The position numbers and the translations under genes are program-made. Below, piece by piece: positions 1 to 12,290 of a stretch of DNA of 64,000 nt. The stretch's first letter is position 1; every line of letters starts with the position of its first letter. Source of the DNA: Eledone cirrhosa (lineage: Eukaryota). The stretch lies in contig OZ024740.1 in assembly GCA_964016885.1 (NCBI GenBank), positions 287,618,001 to 287,682,000 of the forward strand, given 5' to 3'. The notes under the pieces were generated by a model. That model searched no databases. It was given only the letters and a program-made list of their open reading frames with translations, and had not been told where the DNA came from.

Positions 1-259
1 TTTACAAAAGTAAATAGACAATAACTATTTCTATTAAATCATGTAATGTTTATGATTTGCAAAAAGAACAAATCAATAAAAAAAAAATTTAAAAAAAAGA
101 AGAAAATATGCATACCCAATTACAAACTACGACAGGGAATACTGGTGTTTCTCTCTAAAGATTATTGAGAAAAGCCAAGCCACTTATGTCATTACCACCG
201 GTGATGGTGGGACTAAAGTGCTGAAATAGCCAAGTTTTCTCATGAGCATCACTCAATAT

Positions 260-468
260 TTAACTCGTTAGCATTTACATTACTCTATATACTATTTTCA
301 TGGTAAAGGCTTTATCTCACATAATATTGAATCTATGAGATTTTGATATTATTTATTTTGAGAACAATACCTTAACATCAGTATGAGCAGCTGGTTACAG
401 CCAGTTTGAACAGAAAGAGGTGAGAGAATTCTGGCTGGATATGGCTGGTTTAAATGCTAAAGAGTTAA
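260..468. mobile_element. piggyBac-like MITE (TTAA-flanked), family copy 1
   Basis: TTAA-CTCGTTAGCATTTA...TAAATGCTAAAGAG-TTAA; internal sequence shared with copies at 10305, 23062 and 33115. Confidence 0.7.
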
Positions 469-664
469 GTAAGGCAAGTTATATAGCTGCTTGAAGGTCT
501 GAAATGCCATAGTCTGAAAAATGTAGTTTACTGATAAATCACAGTGTTTCAGTAGTTTAGTATGTTCAGTTGTAGATGCAGTGATTCCACCTCTATCACA
601 GCATTTAGGAAGTGAAAAGGAAAAAAAGTGTCAATGCAGTAGCATCCTATATGAGCCTCTAGCC

Positions 665-1818
665 CAGAGTTTGCCCAACCTGACCGATATCGCCCACTGG
701 TGGGCGATTTCAACTATCGGGTGGGCGATTTCAACTATCGAGTGGGCGATTTCAACTATCGGGTGGGCGATTTCAACTATTGGGTGGGCGATTTCAACTA
801 TCGGGTGGGCGATTTCAACTATTGGGTGGACGATTTCAACTATTGGGTGGGCGATTTCAACTATCAAGTGGGTGATTTCAACTATTGGGTGGGCGATTTC
901 AACTATTGGGTGGACGATTTCAACTATTGGGTGGGCGATTTCAACTATCGAGTGGGTGATTTCAACTATTGGGTGGGCGATTTCAACTATTGGGTGGGCA
1001 TTTCAACTATCGAGTGGGCGATTTCAACTATTGGGTGGGTGATTTCAACTATTGGGTGGACGATTTCAACTATTGGGTGGACGATTTCAACTATCGAGTG
1101 GGCGATTTCAACTATTGGGTGGGCGATTTCAACTATCAGGTGGGCGATTTCAACTATTGGGTGGGCATTTCAACTATCGAGTGGGCGATTTCAACTATTG
1201 GGTGGGTGATTTCAACTATTGGGTGGACGATTTCAACTATTGGGTGGACGATTTCAACTATCGAGTGGGCGATTTCAACTATCAGGTGGGCGATTTCAAC
1301 TATTGGGTGGGCAATTTCAACTATCGAGTGGGCGATTTCAACTATTGGGTGGGCGATTTCAACTATCAGGTGGGCGATGAACGAATTTTTAGGAAATGGT
1401 GGGTGATCTAAAATTTTGGTAAGTGACAAAGGATTTTCGGTAATTAAGTATGTTATTGATCATATAATGGCCGGTATGCTGTAATCACAGAGCTCGGATT
1501 CGCTCTTCCCTAGTGTGTTTGCACTAGCTGCATCTGAAACAATGAGTGAGTTTGTTGAACATTTAATACATGTATCATTTTTTTATTTTGTTTCATTGAG
1601 AAACATTTAGCAATCAAAAATTTCATTCTTCTGAATAACGTTTCAACTCCGAATCCCCATTTTGCAATATTTCATCTCAATAAATATTTCATTTTTTAAG
1701 CAACCGTTCTGAATAATGCTTTATTTTGGCGTCCTTAAAATTACTGCACAGGTGCGCAATGGGAATTTTTGTGTGTGGAAAAGTGGCCGATAACGACAAA
1801 AAGGTTGGGAACCCCCTG
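665..1818. mobile_element. non-autonomous hAT (Charlie-like) element containing a minisatellite
   Basis: Imperfect TIRs CAGAGTTTGCCCAACCT / AGGTTGGGAACCCCCTG (13/17 match); perfect 8-bp TSD CTCTAGCC at 657-664 and 1819-1826. Confidence 0.85.
700..1378. repeat. 21-bp minisatellite (GTGGGCGATTTCAACTATYRR), about 32 units
   Basis: Directly visible tandem array; explains the repetitive ORFs (WAISTIG, VGDFNY) in the track. Confidence 0.95.
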
Positions 1819-2120
1819 CTCTAGCCTAATGGCAAGGGGCAAGGCCATCAGTCTTATCCATTCAACTATCTGGCTGACTCCAGTATTGACTCTGGCTAGG
1901 CTCCATTTTATAATTAGGTTCAATTCGATGTGACCAGCAAAGCAATCTGCATGTATTAAAGATGACAATCCATGAAAACTCATGGAATGAAGGAGCTTGT
2001 CACATTAACATTTCAATCCAACACAGACATCAGTCCTGACTCTGAGAATGATGAAGATTCATCTAAACTGTGAGTCTGTCTTGAGAGATCATCAAAGTTC
2101 AACATTCTAAGTTCAATGTG

Positions 2121-2265
2121 ATTACCCAGTGCATTACTGGTACTTTATTTTATCGACCCCGTAAGGATGAAAGGCAAAGTTAACCTCGGCAGATTTGAAC
2201 TCAGAATGCAAAGGACTATAACTATGCTGCAAAGCATGGTATCTGACGCTCTACCGATACTGCCT
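2121..2265 (-). mobile_element. tRNA-derived SINE family A, partial copy
   Basis: Reverse strand shows A-box-like GGCAGTATCGGT, B-box GAGTTCAAATC and the core CTTTGCCTTTCATCCTTACGGGGTCGATAAAATAAAGTACC shared by about 10 copies. Confidence 0.8.
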
Positions 2266-2749
2266 GTAATGTTGAAGGTTTTCTTGTATAGCTATAATAC
2301 AAAACTGTTTCATTGATTATGTCTAAGCCGTTGAAAGAGGCTACAATGTCTTATTACTACTCAAGTATGTTTTCAAGGTCTCTGATCATGGAGACAATAT
2401 AGATTTGAGCTGAGAGGATTAAGGTGCAAGAGAACAATGCTGTGTGTGTGAACGGTTAAGGAGTGACGGATAGTATTCTCTGTTTAGGAGTGCATGTTGT
2501 TACAAAGTTGATGTGAAGAATTAATTAATGAATCGTGTGGGAAACAAAACCAAGCTTTATGATACCTCAGAGTTGATAGAATGTGTTTCAGAGACATTTG
2601 TTTGCATTTGTATTCAATTACACACTGCAATGATGGATAACAGTTGTATCAATTATATAGTGTATACTTTATAATACATTTACATGTGTATGTTTGTGTA
2701 TGTATACACTCACATATACACATATGTGTGTGTGTGTATATATATATAA

Positions 2750-3340
2750 AATTTATAATATGTAACCCATGTGCAACCACGCAGTATTCCTCCATGTTTT
2801 TCATACATATTTACCACGACCGCGATTATCTGTTTCTCTCTTTCTCTCTTACTGCTCCCCCGTTCTCTCTGTTTCTCTCACCTTCTTTCGCCCCCTCTGT
2901 CAGTTACACTTTCTCTCGACTGACCTCTTCCTCGCACTTCCACTCACTCATCCTCTGTTTCTCCCCTTCTCACTTCCTCCCGTTCGTTAGTAGTGGGGTT
3001 CCTTCTTTCTCACACCTCATTCACGGCGGATGGTCTGTTTTCTGACCGCTCATGAAATTCACCCAGCTTACGCTGACCGGATAACCATCATGTTGCTGTT
3101 TTCCTACCTTCGGTTTGCTTTCCTTCTATGTTGTTAACTTGTCTCACTCGCTTTACGCGATTCACTTGTCCCAATAGCTTATTTTAGTTATTGCTCGCAC
3201 CAACCTGAGGTATCTGATTTTTAATGCGATGAAATACCAATGATGGTTGGCAAATCACTGATGAGGGACTAATTTTATAATATGTAACCCATGTGCAACC
3301 ACGCAGTATTCCTCTTTCTTCCCATGTTTTTCATATATAC
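2750..3340 (+). repeat. TC-rich element bounded by about 60-bp direct repeats (possible Penelope-like remnant)
   Basis: TTTATAATATGTAACCCATGTGCAACCACGCAGTATTCCTC near 2752 and 3274, each followed by CCATGTTTTTCATA; sits in (TA)n. Confidence 0.45.
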
Positions 3341-3360
3341 ATATATATATATATATACAT

Positions 3361-4092
3361 AATAAATGGAGAAAGACTGTATATGAGGGAAAAGTTGCCT
3401 TTGAGGCATCTCGAATCGCATACGAGAAAGTAAAGCGGGATGTGAGGAAGGGCATTGCTATTGCACTTCCAGATGGCGAGGGTCCTCCTATGGTGCTGAC
3501 ATGCAGCGTCTGTGCGAGACTCTGCCTAAGCAAAGCTGGACTCGAAAGTCATCTTCGCAGTCATAAAGTAAGACCAGTGGTTGACTACTAGGCTGCTGTT
3601 GGAGATGCTACTCATCATGCTTGCCAAACATGTAGTAGAGAATGTAAATCAGCAGGAGGACTCAAGCGACATGCAAAAGTACACGAACTCCAACCACAGC
3701 CGACTATTCCCAGTGAATGTTTTGGTTGCCGACTCTCTGCAAGACATTTTAGATCATTGGCTGGGCTAAAAAGCCACATTCGATCGCAGCGCTGTTAGTT
3801 GCTATTGTGTGTGTGTATAGATATGTTTATGTGTGTGCGTGTGTGTATATATATATGTATATGTATATTATTATTGTTGTTGTTGTCGTTATTATTATTG
3901 TTGTTATTATTATTATTATTGTTGTTATTAATGTATATGTGTGTGTATATATATATATGTGTGTATAGATATATATGTATGTGTGTATATATATATATTT
4001 CTTTTTTTTTTTTATTTAATTTTTTTTTTTATTTATTTAATTTTTTTTTTTCTCGTGCAATGGCCATACTCGATAACGAGGGGGCAGCCATC
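3361..4092 (+). mobile_element. 3' fragment of BovB/RTE-like LINE (C2H2 region plus microsatellite 3' UTR)
   Basis: Near-identical to the reverse complement of 44223-45096; has a premature TAG; same terminal motif GTGCAATGGCCATACTCGATAACGAGGGGGCAGCCATCAT. Confidence 0.9.
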
Positions 4093-4499
4093 ATATATAT
4101 ATATGTATGTATGTAAAAGGTAAACAGAAATATCAACACAATCGGTACAGTATATGAAAGGAATATATTAGGTTAACACTTGAAATAGCAGGAAGAGTTT
4201 CGGACGCTAGTCTTTCATCAGAAGAAAGAATGAGAAATAAGATAGATTGAAGGGACGGGCAGGATGGAATTGGAAATATATACACACATACATATATAAT
4301 CATCATCGATCTATTTCAGTTTTCCATGCTGGATGGGTTGTCGTGGTCCTAGACAGATTAGGTTAGGAGGATCATACTTAACTCATACATTGTTTTTGGC
4401 TTGGTTTCTATGGCTGGATACCCTTCCTAATGTCGACAACATTACAGCATAATATCTATCTATTTATCCATCTATCTATCTATCTAAATATATTACATA

Positions 4500-5765
4500 C
4501 AGGGTGTGGATGATATTTGTTCGCAATTTTCAACTGCTAATTTTATGCTTTTTTTACTTCCGTTGTCACTCTTGTCTTCATAAAAACAGTGACTATATTT
4601 CCATTATTTATTTTCAGAATAATTGATTATGAATAATTTTGAACCTCCAAATTTGTGGAAGAGACACAGAGTTCTTCTTGGAATCCGCACCGGGAGGACA
4701 AATAAGGAAATTTCAGACTTTCTCAGCGTCAGCAGGAGAATGGTGGAAACGGTCAGAAAGGAATTGGAAGATTCAGGATTCGACTACGAAGCAACATCAG
4801 AGAGGAAAACACATGATCGACGATTTGATGCCTTCAGAACCTCCGAGTTTGTCGCTGAAGTACAGGATATCATCAACAATGAACCTAGCAAGTCAATGCG
4901 TGCCATTGCAAGTGAGAAACGTGTGGATGAAAAGCTCATTAGGCTGGTGGTACATGAAGACATTCGCTACGTTTCATACAAGATGAGGAAAGGACAATTT
5001 CTGTCAAAGGCGATGCAAGAAAAGCAACTGAAGCATGCAAAGAAGCTGATCAACAAGTTGAAACACCCACTGGAGCCAGACATGCTGTGGTTTTTCTCCG
5101 ACAAAGAAAAATTTCTGCCAAGACCAGAAGATCAACTCCCAGAACAACAGGTCGCACGCTGTCTCATCCAAAGACAAAGTTTCCAGCGACAACATTGGTC
5201 TTAGGTGTCGACAGCAGTCAAGGTGACGTCATGCCACCTCACTTCTTCCCTGAGGGCTTCAAGCTGAACACTGATGGCTACATCCGCTTTCTGAGCGAGG
5301 TAGTAAAGCTCTGGATCGACCAGGTAGCTGCAGGTAGGCCGTACGTGTGGCAGCAAGACTCAGCGCCCTGCCATACCAGCCGAAAGACCCAAGCCTGGCT
5401 GTCAGAGAACTTCGTCGACCACACTTCACCTGACATCTGGCCTCCCAGCTCCCCTGACTGCAACCCCCTCGACTTCTTTGTGTAGGGCACAGTGGAATGA
5501 GACACCAACAGATCTAGCTGCAATACAAAAGACGATCTGAAGGCCAGGATCACAAGTGCCTTTAGCGGCTAAGTCGGGGGACAGTGACGAAGGCCTGTAG
5601 CCGGTTCCGAGGCCGCCTTGAGGCCGTCATCAAAGCCAATGGCGGGTTTATTGAGCGAGATCGAAAGAACAAGTCATGAAGACAAACTGACCCAAGTTTG
5701 ATAAATAAATCTTAAAAAATAAAACTACTGTGTTATTTTTTCCTAGAAATATCGTTCGCACCCTG
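4500..5765 (+). mobile_element. Tc1/mariner superfamily, maT (DD37D) transposon, frameshifted
   Basis: TA TSD; TIRs CAGGGTGTGGATGATATTT / AAATATCGTTCGCACCCTG; transposase pieces with WFFSD, WQQDSAPCH, WPPSSPDCNPLD; 37 residues between 2nd and 3rd D. Confidence 0.9.
4623..5660 (+). pseudogene. DD37D transposase pseudogene
   Basis: ORFs 4623-5204 (HTH region and first D) and 5087-5485 (catalytic), joined by a frameshift; stops downstream. Confidence 0.85.
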
Positions 5766-5775
5766 TACACCCCAC

Positions 5776-6105
5776 ATTGGAACGAGACCTTTGGCGCCAT
5801 GCAGTTGTACAGAAGACCCGACTGCCATTGCATACAAACTTACAGTCAGTAGGCACCTCTTAACCCAATGTACACCCCACCCCACACACCCTACCCCATC
5901 CTCCCTTTCCCGTTCCATCCACTGTGTCGACACTGTAAATGTGGTTGGTGTTAGGAAGGGCATCCAGCTGTAAAAACCCTGCCAGAGACGCTTCCGTGCG
6001 AGCGAAGCATGGTCTCCCGACCATTACCGCATCAAATGGAACAAAACCGTCTAACCCATGGTTACCGTGGAAGATAGCCGTTAAACGATGATGATGATGA
6101 TGATG
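5776..6105 (+). mobile_element. RTE (PHD-type) LINE 3' end fragment
   Basis: ORF terminus (RDLWRHAVVQKTR), GGTTGGTGTTAGGAAGGGCATCCAGCTG motif, (GAT)n tail. Confidence 0.85.
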
Positions 6106-6203
<98 letters not shown>

Positions 6204-6265
6204 CAAATAACGAAACGAAATTAAATTTTGTTTCGTTTGTAACTCACTTTTGTATGACTGACGCT

Positions 6266-6831
6266 TAAACAATTAAGTTAAGAATGTACATCCACATATG
6301 TATACTGAAATACTAGTATGCATATGAATACACACACGTGTACATATGTAGATGTACCGAGTTTTTCACTGGTCACTTTACTGTGAGTGTCCAGCTATTC
6401 TGTATGTAAACACACAGACGTTTCGTTATTTGTTTTTATCGTCTCCGTTGAACCGGTACGTACTCACGCTCTATGCAAATTAGTCTGCCCACTACTAATT
6501 TTCATAGAAAAAGCATATAACGATATGTGCTTTTACGATTCTCTAGAAAGGCCGGAAGATGGGTAAATATTGCTGATGAGATGTAACAACATCGAAACTA
6601 GTCCAATATTCCTTGTCTGGCTTTCTGGAGAATAGAGGAAAGGTGTTTCCTCAAAAACCAGTATGACTCTAAAAACCGGTTTGTCTGTGTGTTTACATAC
6701 AGAATAGCTGGACACTCACAGTAAAGTGACCAGTGAAAAACTCGGTACATCTACATATGTACACGTGTGTGTATTCATATGCATACTAGTATTTCAGTAT
6801 ACATATGTGGATGTACATTCTTAACTTAATT

Positions 6832-6836
<5 letters not shown>
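6266..6836. repeat. 154-bp inverted repeat with 263-bp spacer (Penelope-like inverted pLTR remnant)
   Basis: 6266-6419 is the reverse complement of 6683-6836; flanked by (TA)n; spacer holds a hammerhead. Confidence 0.85.
6566..6610 (+). ncRNA. minimal type I hammerhead ribozyme
   Basis: Stem I AATATTG/CAATATT; CTGATGA; stem II GATGT-AACA-ACATC; GAAA; short palindromic stem III ACTAGT; GUC cleavage site at C6603. Confidence 0.85.
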
Positions 6837-6902
<66 letters not shown>

Positions 6903-7133
6903 TTATATAGATATATATATACATATGTATGTATATGTGTGTTTTCCTGTCTAAGAAATGGGAAGCATGGCAAGGAAACTCCAAAGTAACAGACTACAGG
7001 ATTTGCCTTAATAAACTATAAATATAATATAAGTGCATTGGAGTTTATAAACAAAAGGAAAAGTACTGAATACACACACATAAACACACATATGTGTGTA
7101 TGAGAGTGTGTATTATACACACATACACACATA

Positions 7134-7235
<102 letters not shown>

Positions 7236-8301
7236 GAGAGACACTCACACACATATATATAAATATATACACACATACACACACACATATACACATACAC
7301 TTATCTATATTATGCGCATTACTAGGCAGTTGCCAACAATATTCAATATGGTAAGATCAATAATTTCTGTAGTTTTCTCATACAAAATTAGCTTTTACTG
7401 ACATATAACCTTATGGTTTTCTTATTTCCCTTAATGTCATTCTGACTCCTGTAATATATACACAATGTCTACACGCATCTATACACACATAAGTATATAC
7501 ACCCACTTAAAATACGTCAGCATTGATTCAGTTATTGTAAATATACTGAATGTAATATCAATTGTTTCAAATCGCTTTACGTGTGTGCAAAGTATGTATA
7601 TAGATAATGTGTAGTAATGTATGTATATAAATGATGATGATGATACACACATATGTATTCATCTTCCACAGATTCTAAAGAGAAGGGAATAGGACTAATC
7701 TTGTAAGAGTCATTGTTTTCATATATATATATGGGAGAGGGAGAGAGAGGGAGAGAGTCACATAAACACAAATACACGCATTAATTCGTAATAAACACAC
7801 ATACACACACATACAGCAATACCAATGTCCATACAAATATATTCAGTGTTTAAAAAATCAGTCTGGAAAAAAAGAATTTAAACTTTGTAATAATATATCA
7901 TTTACTGAAAACTGAATATTAAATAGTATTAATACAATATATAAATATGAAGTAGTGATAGTATAATATCGCTATAGCAGAGTGTACTGATATATAGGTG
8001 GTATGATATCTATGTGGTGTACTGTACAACCATATATTTTAATATCTATATAGTGAAGTAAGCTTATATATTTAGAGATGATACAATATCTATATGGTGT
8101 AGCGTACAGCTATGTGTTACAATTTTTATATGGTGTAGTGTATTTCTACATAGATAGTACAATATATATATAGTATAATGTACACATATACATATGGTGT
8201 AATATCTATATTATAGTTTATAGTTAAATGGTACAATATCTACATAGTATAGTTTAGATATATAGATGGTGCAATAGTGTAGTGTATAGTTATATGTTAC
8301 A

Positions 8302-8898
8302 ATGGACATGTGATGAATATGAAGGATGACAGCTGCATAAAATGATGCAGAGTGCTCAAAGCCGATGTGAGCCTTGGAGTGGGTAGGCCCAGTTAGACAT
8401 GGGGTGACGTGATAAAAGCTAGCCTTGCTCAGTTACACTCAAAGGCGATGAGACAGGACTGAGATCTCTGGTGTTACGTAGTGATACAGAAGACCCAACT
8501 TCCAACAGGCACAGGCTGAAGCTGAAGCATATATACAGTATGGACCACTTCACCCCACCCTCCCATACATCTCCCACAAGAGCAGCACGATGTATGAATC
8601 TATGAATCTAGTCAAGCCCCCAGCCCACACTGTAAAGTGGTCGTGTAGGTATCATGACAAAAACGCACCCAGTCCACACTATGAAGTGGCCGTGTGGTGA
8701 TACGGCTAAAAAGCACCCTGTACTCACTGTAAATGAGGTTGGTGTTAGGAAGGGCATCCAGCTGTAGAAACCATGCCAATATCAGTTCTGTATGTGCAAG
8801 ACATGGTCACCTGATCTAGCATTACCCACAATAGGATAACTCGTCTAATCCATGTTAGATGGAAAAATTGACGCAAAACGGTGCTGATGATGATGATG
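8302..8898 (+). mobile_element. RTE (PHD-type) LINE 3' fragment
   Basis: GHVMNMKDDSCI-like coding remnant, 48-bp UTR repeats, conserved tail motif and (GAT)n. Confidence 0.85.
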
Positions 8899-9526
8899 AG
8901 TGTACTTTTATATAGATAGTACAACATAGATAGCTCAATATATATGTGGTGTGGTATACAGCTATACATTACAAAATCTATAGTATAGCTTACAGGTGTA
9001 TAGATAGTACAGCAACCTTCATGTAACCAGGTGAAATTTTAGTCATTCGCCAGTTTTCACATCAGCCTGTGAAACATTTTTACCAAGTCATCATCTTTCC
9101 CAGCTGCAGTTTACAGTACAAAACTCTAGAACAGACTATTTCACTTTACTAATAAGCTCAGTTTTCTTTGGAAAATATATGGTAGCCTGAAACACAAACT
9201 TATATTTGTTTGCCTACTAAAACATTCTCTTTCTACAGATTTACTTGTACAAAAGTACATACATCATGCAAACTCATTTGTATCTTGCATACACATCATA
9301 CAGATTCATTTGCAATTCATGCACATATCATGTAGACCGACTTGTATCTTACACATACACATCAGGCAGACCTACTTAGATCTAATGCACATATCATGCA
9401 GGGCCACTTGCATCTTGCACATGCATACATAGTACGTTTCTATCAGTCTTTTTGCTGACTTACCATCAGTAACATTCATTCCATTGAATATATTTGTATC
9501 ATTCTGTTTTCTATACCTTTATATGC

Positions 9527-9561
<35 letters not shown>

Positions 9562-10304
9562 AAGAAATCCTAGTGGAAGGGAGTTACAGTAGAGGGAGGC
9601 TAAGGAAGACTTGAGCACAGGTTGTGAGAGCTGATCCCAAATCACTGAAGCTCACAGTGGAGTTGACGAAGGACAGTGATGAGTGGAGAGATGTTGTGCT
9701 GGAAGAGACTCATCCAACCTATGCAAGTATGGAAAAACGGATGTAAAATGATGATGATGATGATATATATCAATTACTGCTTTCCCAATAAGCAATTAAG
9801 GGGGTTAATTGTGTGACCCTCAAGCAAACAGGTGTAATTTAACTGTTCACTGGTTTATTGGATCAATCAAAGAGCACTACCTCTTAGCCAAGCACTGGAT
9901 ATATAGAGAGGAATTCAAAGCTCTCATCCCCTTTCCTTGACAAAATGCAGCAAGAGCAGGCTGTTCACTTTTCAGAATTCAACTAGCAAAGACATGTTCT
10001 TTTATTTTTGTTCCACTAGTTTTGACATGTTTTAGTTGAAACACCAAATTGCCATATCTCTTTTTGCCAGGTTACATATGTTGATTTCACTTATATTTAC
10101 CTTAGCAACATTTACTTTTCACACAACACAATACAAAAAGTAATTTAATTCAAGGACTTATGTATAATGCTACTTCTACAGCACATTTAACTCAGTGATT
10201 TTTTATTAATATTTTAATTGAAAATCAATGCTTTTTCTCAGTATGAATTACTGTACCATTCAAAAATGTTATATATAAAACCTCTTGAGATAAACATATA
10301 TTGT

Positions 10305-10525
10305 TTAACCCTTTACCATTTACATTACTCTATATTTACTATTGTATTTTCACAGAAAATGCTTTATCTCACATAATTATCTCACATAATATCGAATCTA
10401 TGAGATTTTGATATATTCATTTTGCAAACAATACCTTAACATCAGTATGAGTGGCGATTTATAACCACTTTGAACATAAAGAGGTGAGAGAATTCTGTCC
10501 GGATATGGCCAGTCTAAACGGTTAA
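10305..10525. mobile_element. piggyBac-like MITE copy 2
   Basis: TTAACCCTTTACCATTTAC...GGTTAA; homologous to 260-468. Confidence 0.7.
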
Positions 10526-11067
10526 ACATATTAATTTCTCAAATCACACACACAACAAACACATGTATATAGAGGCCACTTGCTCACCTTTTCTTTCTCT
10601 CTCTCTCCAAGACCACCCCACTTACATTGCCAAATTTATCTCTGAATTCTCCTCCCCTCATTGCCCAATCATACAAATATGGAAAGCTAGGTGCACTCCA
10701 CAATAATGCCAAACATCACTCACTTCTCTTAAGGCCACCAAACTCTCCATTTGCAAGCAACATGTAGCCTACACACTGCCCTTATCCTTCTCACTCTCTA
10801 TCACTGTCCTCCTAATCTGGCCAAGAGCACAAGCACCCTATTATTGAAATGTAGTAGTGCTATTTCCACAATAAAATGCACTCAGCCCACTCTGAAAGTG
10901 ATAGTGCTGGTGCCACAATAATATGCACCTAACACACACTGCAAAATGGTAATGCTGATACCTAAAAAAAAGCATACAGTCAATCTTGTTGTGTAGTTCT
11001 GGTAGAGCCACGAGAAAATGAATCCAGTGCATGCCATGAAATGGTTGGCATTAGGAAGGGCATTCGA

Positions 11068-11960
11068 CCATAGAATACCCTTGAGCTTCTCCATCAGCTT
11101 TGGGAATATCCAGAAGTTGCATGGGGCTATGTCTGGACTGAGGATGAGGGACAGTCTTGATTTCCATATCAGCCTAGTTGTTGGTCACCAGGATGGATTT
11201 TGGCAGGGGACATTGTCCTGCTGCAGATGCCATTGACCAGACTTGAAGAGTTCTGGTCTCTTGTGATGAAATCTCTTTCTGAACTGCCTCAAAACCACTA
11301 CATAATACTCTTTGTTGACTCTGGCCATGGGGGACCCAGTGAACTTGCTTGCCTGGCCTTCTTGGGTCTTGGGGAGTCAGAATGTTTCCACTGGGCGCTC
11401 TGTTTCTTGGTCTCTGGTTCATAACAATAGAGCCATCTCTTGTCACAGGTTACCAGAGACTCAAGGATACTTGGATTCAAAGTGATCCACTCAACTATCT
11501 CCCTGCTGTCATCAATGCACCTCTGCTTTTGATCTTCATTAAGCACCCAGGGAACAAACTTTGCACATGATCAGATTGTCATGAATGACTTTGTACACAG
11601 TGCCCTCAGCCACTGCAAATTGTTTAGCAATCATCAGAACAGATGCATGACAGTCCGCATCCAGAAATTTGCGAATTTTGTCAACCAGCTTTGGCATCCT
11701 GATGTCCCTCTTCCGACCACATCTCTTGTCATCTCTCACCTTCTCCCTGCCTTCCTGGAAATTCTGTGCTAGCGGTAAACAGTTGCCCAGTTCATGAAAG
11801 TTAGTCTGTAAGCAGTTTTGACCACATAGGTTTCTGCAGCAATTTTGCATATCATCCCTTCAAATTGTCCTCATGTCCTGACTGCATTGTGGAACCAGTC
11901 ACCTGTGACAAGACATAGTATGACGGGTAGTGTTTAAAGTGTTGTAGCAGCTTGAACCTT
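11068..11960 (-). pseudogene. degraded mariner-type transposase remnant
   Basis: Minus-strand pieces: VRDDKRCGR, LVTCDKRWLYCYEPETKKQSAQW, WHLQQDN, SPDIAPCNFWIFPKL; frameshifts and internal deletions; ends approximate. Confidence 0.8.
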
Positions 11961-12290
11961 CAGCCTGCAAAAAAAAAAAAAAAAAGATTAGGTATGTTAG
12001 CTTATTTTAACCAGATCAAGGATATATTAGAGTGACAGCTATGTAAGTCAATTGAAATGCTTGAAAAAAAAAGTTACAAAACTTCCTATATATATATATA
12101 TATATGCTGTGAGGTGTACAAATATAGAGATAGTCCTGTGTAGTGCACACCTTTATAGATATTACAATATTTATGAGGTGGAGTTTTTAAAATGGTACAA
12201 TATGTGTGTGATTTAGTATGTACATTACAGCATAAATGTATATATATGTATATATATATACATATATGTTGTAATATACATACTATGTAT

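Noticed and set aside
581-1429. Repetitive ORFs and a CRISPR-like look of the 21-bp array
   Set aside because: Units are contiguous with no unique spacers and no cas genes; ORFs are open only because the unit is a stop-free multiple of 3
4190-4226. Minus-strand CTGATGA...GAAAC hammerhead-like motif
   Set aside because: Stem II is only 3 bp and neither stem I nor stem III pairs convincingly
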